This document shows positions 25,501-34,455 of a DNA stretch of 64,000 nucleotides, one piece after another (positions within the stretch are counted from its first letter, which is position 1; every line of letters starts with the position of its first letter). Under the pieces are notes generated by a model. The model searched no databases. It had not been told where the DNA came from and saw only the letters and a list, made by a program, of their open reading frames with translations. The position numbers and the translations under genes are program-made. The stretch is from a virus. Where the stretch lies: positions 91,875 to 155,874 of the IMG/VR virus record IMGVR_UViG_3300034062_004313, one strand, 5' to 3'.

Positions 25501-27110
25501 ATGGAGTAATGGATTTCTTTTGTGAAGTGGATTATAACATATCATTCAGAGAAGATACTCAATATCCTCATTATTCAGAAGATAATACAAATATATCATT
25601 AATATTCAGAGCAGATAACTTAAAATATCCAGAAGAATTTAAACTCAATAGAGCCTTTAAAGATTTATATAGTAAAGAATATTTCAATCAACAATTAAGA
25701 CTTGATTTTTCAGAAGATGCCTCTTTCCCTGTAAATCAAGAAAATAGTGTAATATATTCACTCCCTTCTTTTAACTTGCAAAGTATAGATAATTGGAGAT
25801 ACTTTCTTCCAAATAACTTCTTTTCATTCAGAGAAAGTGATTTTGGTATATTAACAGGAATACATAAACTTGACCAAGATAGGCTCATATTCTTAATGTC
25901 CAGAAGTTCTCCATATATTTCTATGGGAAGAGACTTCTTAGAATTAGAACAGAGTGGTAGAAAGATTACAATAGGAGATGGTGGACTTTTTGCTCAAGAC
26001 CCAAGAGAAATTATGCCCACTGATAATAACTATGGTTCTACAAAATCTCCATATGCATTCTCAAATACCCATATGGGTAGATATTATGTATCAGCAGACC
26101 AAGGAAGAATATTCTCATTCACAGAAGGTATAGATGATATAACAAGACAAGGACTTGACCAATGGACTAATTTTTACATGCCATTCCAATTAAAGGTGTG
26201 GTTTCCAAATTATACACTTGGAGAAAATCCTTTAATATCATATGGATATTACACAATATTTGATAGTTCTTTAGGAATTGTATATGTTACAAAAAGAGAT
26301 TTTGTTCCAAAACATGAATATAAAGATAAAATAACATGCGTAGATAACAAGTTTTATTTTGATGGATTGGAAATAGATTTACACTCAATATATTTTAAAG
26401 ACATATCATGGACTCTATCATACTCACCCGAAGAAAAAGGATTTGTTTCCTATCATGATTGGCATCCTGATTATGTAGTGCAAACTGATAATCACTTCTT
26501 AACAGTGAAAGATAATACAGTGTGGGAACATAATAATAGAACTGATTTATTTTGTAACTATTACGATAAAGATTATCCATATGAAATAGAACCTATATTC
26601 AAATCTAATGAAACAGAGATTATTAATTCAATAGAATATAAAGGAGAACATTATAAATATAAACCTAATCAGATTGATAAATTTCATGTTCTAAATGAAA
26701 ACTTTGATACACTTATTGTAAGCAATTCTGAACAGATATCCCCGATGTTATATTTGAAACTACAGAACTCATTGAAGGATAGAGTATTATATCAAGACGG
26801 TGTAAGAAAAGGAGAAGGTTATGAAATTCTATTTACTAAAGAACAGCAGGAATATAGAATAAATCAATTTTGGGACTCTGTAAAAGACAGAGGAGAATTT
26901 ACAAATGCAGAATATCACTTGTGGCATAATGATGAAAGTGGGTATAAAAAGGTGATAAATCCTGTAGCTGTGGATTTGAATAAACCCATTATACAAAGAA
27001 AGAAATTCAGACATGATTGGGTGAAATTCTTCTTTGCAAAATCTGTTGTAGGGGCTGTAAAGCATATAACAAAACTGTTCAAAATTAAAAAAACAATTTC
27101 CATACGATGA
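22587..27110 (+). CDS. Tail stabilisation / muzzle protein
   Basis: 1507 aa; FTDKYNPVR, GYYRDERYSF, FGGD and WTLSY..FVSYHDWHPD motifs. Confidence 0.8.
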   Translation: MELQNLRNQDVKVTSSAKMIKDLNESYFGQDVYYQARNMCTISHDGNRGTIQTEPANKFLFEAPYKIINITPLPEENQYLVFSTDNTNSEIGIYNGVYSKITDNKCLNFNYNFPIKAVVKKDFNKDVVITFTDKYNPVRRATLKELKTLTSCDDILLWKKITIPSINIDKGNFGNLPNGAYSVLLNYTIDKKKYSDYYLCKDKIHLFNKVDNSSSLEIEIGNLDKEFIEYELILISNPNGVKTAYRQGYYSTNQNKIIISDLGVEQIQLSDLVIKNRTWQKAGIISSNSNYLILADLVQRKELNYQLKAMNIKAEYVVTQVPYDYYKNEGKDFGYYRDERYSFDIEGLYNTGETTASYHIAGPKPKPWDISQASGSDVFEYEDSFKECDKPDVVYNYQVYNTAGDMIPVQEEFKCNRRVIGYGDMGFWQSTERLNENKELFGEDAGKNQRHFMFPNEEKVPRFSIINGRTYINILGIRFKNIPSFEDSDIIGYRILRRDREGNRSVIARGMLHNTRSYFDNQNQQEVYYSNYPFNDLSPDTYHSETQTVFKNKRESKFKAPTKYYKDKFNFYTPHAYFFEKYRMGPEFRIESEEYGQVNGKFEKVYNHPRAILLNQTAFWIASAVGFIESTLVLLGSSNLETSNNANLGIGGGIQADAKTIYNIKTFDDLLRVDPIALGIEIASQITNPIGQAKLIPIIRNILTLLASAAIKLPYSLLKGIETADILIESIEKFSRPIDYAYQYNSSVLYNQQAKIQDGNKRRYAIDTPFYLSSALHTVNDKIYNNAFRENSVFIEFNKELKDPSKKDDSRNTISGFNLCDKDIKSFQAQSSSYYTTSRIFNPNQYGQIGSALPILISEVISNYEETPVLFGGDCVIARFQIQKRHKFFSQDLAANTFPDKTEYDYRLYRNIAYPRFWIDTTKFSFAGILTRNIVNESTFTRTTTSKYNLDCRDTGGNPYVVDNAYFYTSANGVMDFFCEVDYNISFREDTQYPHYSEDNTNISLIFRADNLKYPEEFKLNRAFKDLYSKEYFNQQLRLDFSEDASFPVNQENSVIYSLPSFNLQSIDNWRYFLPNNFFSFRESDFGILTGIHKLDQDRLIFLMSRSSPYISMGRDFLELEQSGRKITIGDGGLFAQDPREIMPTDNNYGSTKSPYAFSNTHMGRYYVSADQGRIFSFTEGIDDITRQGLDQWTNFYMPFQLKVWFPNYTLGENPLISYGYYTIFDSSLGIVYVTKRDFVPKHEYKDKITCVDNKFYFDGLEIDLHSIYFKDISWTLSYSPEEKGFVSYHDWHPDYVVQTDNHFLTVKDNTVWEHNNRTDLFCNYYDKDYPYEIEPIFKSNETEIINSIEYKGEHYKYKPNQIDKFHVLNENFDTLIVSNSEQISPMLYLKLQNSLKDRVLYQDGVRKGEGYEILFTKEQQEYRINQFWDSVKDRGEFTNAEYHLWHNDESGYKKVINPVAVDLNKPIIQRKKFRHDWVKFFFAKSVVGAVKHITKLFKIKKTISIR

Positions 27111-28282
27111 AATACGGACAATCTAAATGGTGCTACAAATGTGGCGGTGCTAAAATGAATATCGGAGGAGAATCTAAAGACCAGCCTATAAATAATACTT
27201 CTACAACTCCTGATAAATTTTTATCAGCAATACGAAATAGAGAAGGTATATATGGTACAAAAGAAGGAGGTTCTTTTCTTAGAACATGGATGGATACAGA
27301 TGATGGTAAACAGATATTTAAACAAATGGGTGTAACTCCTGTATATGGTCCTGCTAATAGTATATTAGGTTGGGGAAAAGGTGATTTCTTTTTAACAAAT
27401 CCAGATGATAACTCAAGAGCAAATGTAAATAAAGCGGATTTGGATATGATAAATAATCCAAAAGAGTTAAAAAAATATCTTTTAATGAGAGGTTTTAAAC
27501 CTGTTAATTCAGAAGGAGAACTTTCTATATTTAAAAAAGGAGGAGGATTTGGTTCTGTAAAACAATATAGAAATCTTGACCAACTTCCATTCTTTCAAGG
27601 GGGAGGACAATTACCTATAATGCAAAAGGCTGGGTATAGTCCATATTACACAGGACAACAATATAATGATATACCTTTACCACAAGAGGAAGTAGATAAA
27701 CAAAGAAGAGCTTTAGAAATGAAATCAGATTGGGAAACATTCAATCCTAATATGGTTTATGAAAATAGAAATGGTTTAGGAAATGTACAAAGTCCTCAAG
27801 CAGACTCTGATTATCAAGTTCAACAATCTTTTGATAAATCCACTCAAAATTTATTAGGCAAGGGCAGAAGATTTGATGATAATGCAAATTTAAAAAATCG
27901 TAGATTTAATGCTATGGGAATTGGAAACATGATTAATTATGGAATAGCAGGTTTTGCTGGAATGGCAGATAGAAATATGCAACAACAATATGTTAGCAGA
28001 ATGCAAAATAATCCTTTAAGTGGAATACTTCCTTTCAATGACATGCGTTCTGATAATGTAGAATATGGGTATAACACAATGCAAAAAGGTGGAATTGCAA
28101 ATGCTGTTTATATAGGAGAAAATCCATTTTTAGATTTATTTAAAAACGGAGGAATGATAAAAAGGAAAGATGGAAGCTATTCTAAAAGAGGTCTTTGGGA
28201 TAATATTCGTGCTAACAAAGGAAGTGGTAAAAAACCTACTAAAGAAATGATAGAACAAGAAAGAAAAATTAAAAACAAATAA
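27107..28282 (+). CDS. Putative internal virion (cargo) protein
   Basis: Repeated xQxGG-type motifs; SKRGLWDNIRANKGSGKKPT module. Confidence 0.55.
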   Translation: MKYGQSKWCYKCGGAKMNIGGESKDQPINNTSTTPDKFLSAIRNREGIYGTKEGGSFLRTWMDTDDGKQIFKQMGVTPVYGPANSILGWGKGDFFLTNPDDNSRANVNKADLDMINNPKELKKYLLMRGFKPVNSEGELSIFKKGGGFGSVKQYRNLDQLPFFQGGGQLPIMQKAGYSPYYTGQQYNDIPLPQEEVDKQRRALEMKSDWETFNPNMVYENRNGLGNVQSPQADSDYQVQQSFDKSTQNLLGKGRRFDDNANLKNRRFNAMGIGNMINYGIAGFAGMADRNMQQQYVSRMQNNPLSGILPFNDMRSDNVEYGYNTMQKGGIANAVYIGENPFLDLFKNGGMIKRKDGSYSKRGLWDNIRANKGSGKKPTKEMIEQERKIKNK

Positions 28283-28283
28283 T

Positions 28284-28544
28284 ATGTATTTTTATCAACA
28301 AGGTGGAATGGTTCCCGAAGAAGCCATGATGGAACAAGAAGAACAAGGTAATCCAGAAGAACAGATTGCAATGCAAATAATGGAAGCTTTCCAACAATTA
28401 AGTCCAGAAATGCAAATGCAACTTATGGAAGCAATGGCTCAAATGGTACAACAAGGGCAACAACAAGAAGCCCCAATGCAACAAGAAAGTATTCCTATGC
28501 AAAAATATGGTGGAAAGAAAAAAGGTGGTAATCCCTATAAGTAA
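28284..28544 (+). CDS. Q/E/M-rich small virion protein
   Basis: Low complexity, bounded by QQGG and KYGG motifs. Confidence 0.55.
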   Translation: MYFYQQGGMVPEEAMMEQEEQGNPEEQIAMQIMEAFQQLSPEMQMQLMEAMAQMVQQGQQQEAPMQQESIPMQKYGGKKKGGNPYK

Positions 28545-28549
28545 TTAAT

Positions 28550-31500
28550 ATGGCAAGAAGAAACTCTGGAACAAGATTTATATTTGGTATAGATACTAAA
28601 CCTATGAAGTTTAAAGGATTCAAATCATCTGGAAATCCTTTCAGAGGAGCTATACTTATGCAAGAAGGTGGTATTAAATCTGATACTATATCTTGTTCTA
28701 ATTGTGGATGGAGTTGGAAAAAGTCCGAAGGTGGTAATGATGCTACTACATGTCATAAATGTGGTAATGTTAATTCTATGCAAGATGGTGGAAGTAAAAA
28801 ACCTTCTTTAGAAGAAGTTTGGAAACTTTCTCAAAATGCTACACCTATTATTCCTAAACCTGCCCCTGCTAAACCTTTCAAACAAGTTAAAATAGGTCCA
28901 ACTACTCAGGATAAAACAGATGCTTTAAGATTGCAAATGGAAGAAGAAGAAAAACAAAGAAGTATCCAAGCTGCTATAGAATCTGCAAGAAATAATAAAA
29001 TTGGTACTGCTCCTATTAGAACTTCTTACGAACAAGCTCAAATTGATAAACAAGTAAAAGCTGCACAAGAAAAAGCACTTGATGGTAATTTTAATTATAA
29101 AAAAGGAGATGATGGATTTTATGTACCAAATTACGGAAGTACAGGTGCTAAATTTGCAGCAGTTTCTGAAAAAGCTTCAGACAGATTATTAGAACCTGCT
29201 TTTTATGCTGGTAATATTGCAGGAGCACCTTCTTTATTAAGACACACTCCACAATTTCTTAATTTAATGGGACGAGAATTAGGAAGAGTAGGAAATAAAA
29301 TTGGTAGAGTTATTGATAATGTTAATTTACCTTCTATAAATACCTTACAAGTAGATGTAGGTAGAACTTTATTAAATAATAAGTCTTGGAAAGATAAAAT
29401 GTTAAAAGGTATAGATGAAGGAAATCAATGGTCAAAAGAATGGTTTTCACATCCTATAACTAAAGAAAGATATAATAATTTTTTATATAGAGGAAATCCT
29501 TATTTAACAGAAAAAGCAGCTTTAGAAAATTCTAACATTGGAGACGTATTTGGTAATATAGATGTTTCTAAACATGATTATATAAAAGGTATTAATTTAG
29601 ATAAATCTTTTGCTGCTAAAAATCATGCTACTGTAGCAAGAAATAATTATGATAAATTATTAGAAGAAGGTAAATTAACAAAAGGTGTAACAGAATTACT
29701 TGACCCAAGTAGAAATACTTTGGGTAGATATAGTTATTCACCAAATGATGCTAAACTTGATATACTTCATCCAAGTTTTTTAACTAAAGGTTTTAAACCT
29801 AAAGAGACAACAATACATGAAAATATACATATGTTAACAAGAGGTGATAAGGCTATGTTACCAGAATCTAAAAAATTATTAAAATCTCCTTTTAAACACG
29901 TTGATGATAAATACGATAAATATTTAACGGAACCTACAGAAATACATGCAAGAATAGGAGAAATAAGAAGTAATTTTAATTTAACTCCAGATGCAGTAAT
30001 TTATGACGAATTAGTAGATGATATAATAAAACAAGGATTAAAAGGTAAAACTTCTGTAGATAAACAATTTTTTAAGCTTATAAAAGATAAAGAAGCATTT
30101 AAAAATGTTTTACAAAATGTTCCTGTAACAACTGGGGTAATATTAGGAGCAGGAGCATTACAACAAAAACAAAAAGGTGGACCTATAGTAGACCCAATGG
30201 GACAATATAATCATCCCGGAAAGGAAACTATTATTCCAACACAAGATGGTAGAATAACAATGAAAAATATTCCATATCCTATAATAGGAATTGATGAAAC
30301 TGGACAAACTCAATTTATGCGCCCGAATGGAGAATATCAATTCAGAGGAAAGAGAGTTCATGAAATTCCTTTAATGCAACAAGGTGGGTCAATAGTTGAC
30401 TTCCTAGTATCTCAAGGAAAAGACCACAGAATGTCAGCAAGAAAAAAGATTGCTGAAGATATAGGAATTCAAAACTATTCTGGTACTGCTGAACAAAACT
30501 TAAAAATGCTTTTAGCACTTAGAGGAAATCAAAATACACAATCCACAAATAAAAATACAAAAGTAGTAAATCTGAATATTCCTGAATATTTTGGAGGAGC
30601 ACCTAAGACAACAGTAATTAATCCTAAAGGTAAAGGAGTACTATTAAATGTTCCACAAAATCTTATTTATAATGAACCTAAAAAAGAAACAGTAAAAGAG
30701 AAAAAAATAGTACAATTTCCAAAACAAAGATTTATACAATCACCGTCTTCAAATATTATTGCTGATTCTCCTGAATCAAGGAAAATGAATATTATGAAAC
30801 AGGATAGTAAAGATTTAGGAATAAATGATTTTGCAAAAAAGTATAAACAATTAATTAAAGCATCAGAACCAGGATTACTTAATTTAGGAGTAAATTATAT
30901 AGCAAGGCAGTATCAAAAAATGTTTGGTGATGATGAAAAAGCTATTTCGAGAATAGAACAACCTAAAAATAATATAAAAATAGATACTACTAATAATCAA
31001 AATAACATTAAAAATGTAATTCCTTTTATTCCACCAATTATTACAGGAGACACTCTTTGGGATTCAAAAGAAAGAGGTACTTATCATATTCCAGAAGTAA
31101 TTGATTTAAATAGAGTAAAGTTAGGAGCAAGAAATAGAGGAGAAAATACTCCTGTAGAATCAGATGGATTTATATTTGGTGCTTTTGGAAGACCGGGTTC
31201 GGATGAATCTAAAGGATATACTAAAGTAAGAAATTTAGATAATGATGTATTTGATGATAAAGTATACATAGGGATAGATGATAATGGTGACTTTAAATTA
31301 GATTATGGTAAAAATATTAGAGGTAAAAAACTTAAAGGATATCAAGTAAACCTAGATACGGTTAAGTCTTTTGCATGGGAAGGAAATAATGTTAAACAAC
31401 AAAGAGACAATGGTAATGCAGGTTCTAATGTACCTATATATACTAGACCTGATGGAACAGAAGGAACAGTTAATTTATTAATGCCTAGGAATAATAAAAA

Positions 31501-32617
31501 TAGAGAAGATGTTTTTAGTACTATTTCTGGAGGTAGAGTTGTTGTTAGTACACCAGATTTGAAAAGACAATTTATGTTATCAGGTTCTGTTAGAACTATT
31601 AGTGAACAATTAGAAAAGTTTAAAAAAGATAACAATGTAGACCATGTACTTTTAACACATGTTGATAATGGTTCTTATTCAAGAGGGTATAGAAATAGTA
31701 GCGGACTTATAAGTAACTATGGATGGAGTGAACATGATGCTCGTAATAATACAGGTGGAGCAGGATTTTATTTAAAAGGAAAGGGATATCAAAAAGGAGG
31801 ATTAATTAATCCTTATAAAATGAAACAAGGTGGACTTTCTATGCAAGATGCTTATAAGTTCTTATTTGATGATGAAGAAGAAACTACAGATGTAGAAAAT
31901 ATAACAGCACCTTCAGATAAAGAACTTGAAGAGCAATACGCATTAGGGGAAAAAAATGCGGCAAAGAAATATGGAAGACAATTAAGAGCCATGAAGAATA
32001 ATCAAGCTGCTATGCAATTGATTAATGATAATGGAGAACTTAGTTTTGATAATTATATTTCTCCAAAACAAGGTTCAAATCCATATAAATCACAATCTTC
32101 ATCTACAAGCAATTTAAAAGGAACAACATTAGAAAGAGCAAAACAAGCTGTAGATTATTTACAAACACAACATGGATTACCAAAACACGTAGCAGCAGGT
32201 ATAGCTGGAAATGCTGTTCAAGAATCAAGCTTTAGCGACTCTGTAATATCAGGAAATAGAAAAGGTGATAATGGACAATCATTCGGATTATTTCAGTGGT
32301 ATAAAGATAGAAATAAAGGATTCTTTAATTGGGCTAAACAAAACAATAAAAATCCTTATGATTATAAAACTCAATTAGACTATGGTGTAATTGAAGCAAA
32401 GCAAAGAGGTGATTTACAACATGTTTTAAATACAACAAATGCTGCTCAAGCTGCAAATGTTTGGAGAGATAGATTTGAAAAACCTGCTGTAAAGGATGGA
32501 AACAGAGCTTACTTTGCAAATGAATTAATGAAGTATAAAGTTGGTGGTGAATATGATGTAGACACACAGACACTATTAGAATTGAGAAGACAAGGATATA
32601 AATATAAAATCATTTAA
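28550..32617 (+). CDS. Multidomain cargo protein with C-terminal phage tail lysozyme
   Basis: CxxC-CxxC ribbon, HENIH zincin-like motif, GIQNYSGTAEQN module, AAGIAGN..QES...GLFQW...QLDY lysozyme motif. Confidence 0.7.
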   Translation: MARRNSGTRFIFGIDTKPMKFKGFKSSGNPFRGAILMQEGGIKSDTISCSNCGWSWKKSEGGNDATTCHKCGNVNSMQDGGSKKPSLEEVWKLSQNATPIIPKPAPAKPFKQVKIGPTTQDKTDALRLQMEEEEKQRSIQAAIESARNNKIGTAPIRTSYEQAQIDKQVKAAQEKALDGNFNYKKGDDGFYVPNYGSTGAKFAAVSEKASDRLLEPAFYAGNIAGAPSLLRHTPQFLNLMGRELGRVGNKIGRVIDNVNLPSINTLQVDVGRTLLNNKSWKDKMLKGIDEGNQWSKEWFSHPITKERYNNFLYRGNPYLTEKAALENSNIGDVFGNIDVSKHDYIKGINLDKSFAAKNHATVARNNYDKLLEEGKLTKGVTELLDPSRNTLGRYSYSPNDAKLDILHPSFLTKGFKPKETTIHENIHMLTRGDKAMLPESKKLLKSPFKHVDDKYDKYLTEPTEIHARIGEIRSNFNLTPDAVIYDELVDDIIKQGLKGKTSVDKQFFKLIKDKEAFKNVLQNVPVTTGVILGAGALQQKQKGGPIVDPMGQYNHPGKETIIPTQDGRITMKNIPYPIIGIDETGQTQFMRPNGEYQFRGKRVHEIPLMQQGGSIVDFLVSQGKDHRMSARKKIAEDIGIQNYSGTAEQNLKMLLALRGNQNTQSTNKNTKVVNLNIPEYFGGAPKTTVINPKGKGVLLNVPQNLIYNEPKKETVKEKKIVQFPKQRFIQSPSSNIIADSPESRKMNIMKQDSKDLGINDFAKKYKQLIKASEPGLLNLGVNYIARQYQKMFGDDEKAISRIEQPKNNIKIDTTNNQNNIKNVIPFIPPIITGDTLWDSKERGTYHIPEVIDLNRVKLGARNRGENTPVESDGFIFGAFGRPGSDESKGYTKVRNLDNDVFDDKVYIGIDDNGDFKLDYGKNIRGKKLKGYQVNLDTVKSFAWEGNNVKQQRDNGNAGSNVPIYTRPDGTEGTVNLLMPRNNKNREDVFSTISGGRVVVSTPDLKRQFMLSGSVRTISEQLEKFKKDNNVDHVLLTHVDNGSYSRGYRNSSGLISNYGWSEHDARNNTGGAGFYLKGKGYQKGGLINPYKMKQGGLSMQDAYKFLFDDEEETTDVENITAPSDKELEEQYALGEKNAAKKYGRQLRAMKNNQAAMQLINDNGELSFDNYISPKQGSNPYKSQSSSTSNLKGTTLERAKQAVDYLQTQHGLPKHVAAGIAGNAVQESSFSDSVISGNRKGDNGQSFGLFQWYKDRNKGFFNWAKQNNKNPYDYKTQLDYGVIEAKQRGDLQHVLNTTNAAQAANVWRDRFEKPAVKDGNRAYFANELMKYKVGGEYDVDTQTLLELRRQGYKYKII

Positions 32618-32618
32618 A

Positions 32619-34406
32619 ATGACAAGAATACAAATAGAAGGAATGAACTCTGTATATGAAGAACCAAAGATTTCTTCTACTATAAAAGAAAATCCCTACG
32701 CTGCAAATACGGAATTAGAAGGAAAGGGTAAAGGAAGAAAAGGTGAAGTTGTACTTCGTCCTGATGGTGTTGCTTTACATGATGTTGTAGGTAAGAGACA
32801 CTATGCAGGTGGAGTAGAAACATGGCTTCCTGAAGGTTCTTTCGTATTCTCTGATTTTAAAGATTTGGCTTTCACTCAAAGAGACCATAAACTCTTCGAA
32901 CTTAAAGAAGGTGGAACATATAGAAAAGGTGATAATACACCTGCTGAAGTGTTACGTAGAAATATAGATGTAAAACACTATAACAAAATGTCTAACACCT
33001 TAGAAGAAAAACATAAAGATGGTATATCAAAAAATACAGCAGCATTAATGCTTGAAAAGTATCAAGAAAAACTTGGGCAAATAGCTTTACTTCAAGAGAG
33101 TAAGAAAGGATTTCCAGAAGGAGAACCTGCATTCTCACAAGGTACAGCACCTGTATATGAAGGAGATTTAAAAGAAGATATTATGGAACAGAAACAATAT
33201 ATGAGAAGTGGTGGACAAGTTCTTCCTAAATATCAAGGTGGAGCAACTGTTCCTACATGGGGATATCAAAAACCAACTTCAAATGAAAAAAGATTAGAAG
33301 GTATTAATGGAAATTATATACAAGGATTTCATGGAGAGAAAGTATGGGTTCCTTTTAATAAAACATCTGTTCCACAACAAACTCAAACAAGTTCAAATCA
33401 AACTACAGTTAATACTCAAAGACCATTAAGTGGAGCAGCTCAAGATGAAGTAACAGGATTTGGAAGTAATCCACAATCTCCTACTAACCCTTATAAAGTT
33501 GAAACTCCTTCTTGGTGGCCGAAAGAGTCTTCTTCAAATTGTCCACCTAATCATTATTGGAATAGTGTAACAGGAAAATGCACACCAAATTCTGTAAAAA
33601 AAGAAGAACAAATAATTCCTTCAAAAGTGGAAGAAGGAATAAGTTCCCCTATAGAAATGCCTTGGCAATTCACACCTTGGCAGAAATATTCTATGGGACT
33701 TGGATTTAAGAACTATGCAGGAATAAATAGACTTATGCCTATGCGTAGTCAAATAAATTCTCCCTTAGTAGAACTTGAACGTATGGTAGAACCAAGTTAT
33801 CTTGGAGAACTTGCAGCAGGATTTAGAGGAAATCAAGTAATGAATCCATATTTAGCAGGAGTTAATAATGCTCAAATGTATGGACAAATGTTAAATGCTG
33901 ATAGACAATCAAATGCTCAAAATATAAATCAAAATGTTCAAATAGGTAATCAACAAAACCTTATAAATAATCAAATTCAAAGACAAGATTTACAAACAAA
34001 TATAGGAGCAGACCAACAATATTATAATCAAGTACAACAATCTAAAGGAAACTTTGATAACATGCGTTCAACTGTAAGAGAACAAAATAGAGCAGAACTT
34101 ATGGGTAATGTTCAAGGAAATGAACAATTAGCTATGGCTATGGCAAGACTCGGTAAAGATAGACCATTCGATTACAATTTCAAAACAGGTCAAATATACC
34201 ATACTGGAAGAGGAGATATAATGAGCGCAAATACCCAAACTGGACAAGATACAGTTGAAGTGATAGCAGAATCATTAATTAAAAAAGGAATGGCTATAGA
34301 TAAAGCATATCAAACTGCAATAGGAATTGCTAAAATAAAAAGCTTTAATTCTATTATTCCTCAATTTAAGCAAAAAACGGGTGGCTATAATCCCTATAGA
34401 AAATAA
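32619..34406 (+). CDS. Putative cargo protein
   Basis: ELE..GEV...GKRHYAGGV...VFSD N-terminus; Q/N-rich. Confidence 0.55.
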   Translation: MTRIQIEGMNSVYEEPKISSTIKENPYAANTELEGKGKGRKGEVVLRPDGVALHDVVGKRHYAGGVETWLPEGSFVFSDFKDLAFTQRDHKLFELKEGGTYRKGDNTPAEVLRRNIDVKHYNKMSNTLEEKHKDGISKNTAALMLEKYQEKLGQIALLQESKKGFPEGEPAFSQGTAPVYEGDLKEDIMEQKQYMRSGGQVLPKYQGGATVPTWGYQKPTSNEKRLEGINGNYIQGFHGEKVWVPFNKTSVPQQTQTSSNQTTVNTQRPLSGAAQDEVTGFGSNPQSPTNPYKVETPSWWPKESSSNCPPNHYWNSVTGKCTPNSVKKEEQIIPSKVEEGISSPIEMPWQFTPWQKYSMGLGFKNYAGINRLMPMRSQINSPLVELERMVEPSYLGELAAGFRGNQVMNPYLAGVNNAQMYGQMLNADRQSNAQNINQNVQIGNQQNLINNQIQRQDLQTNIGADQQYYNQVQQSKGNFDNMRSTVREQNRAELMGNVQGNEQLAMAMARLGKDRPFDYNFKTGQIYHTGRGDIMSANTQTGQDTVEVIAESLIKKGMAIDKAYQTAIGIAKIKSFNSIIPQFKQKTGGYNPYRK

Positions 34407-34455
34407 TTTTAAAAATTATTACAAAAACAATTAACATTAAATTAAATTTGCAAGA

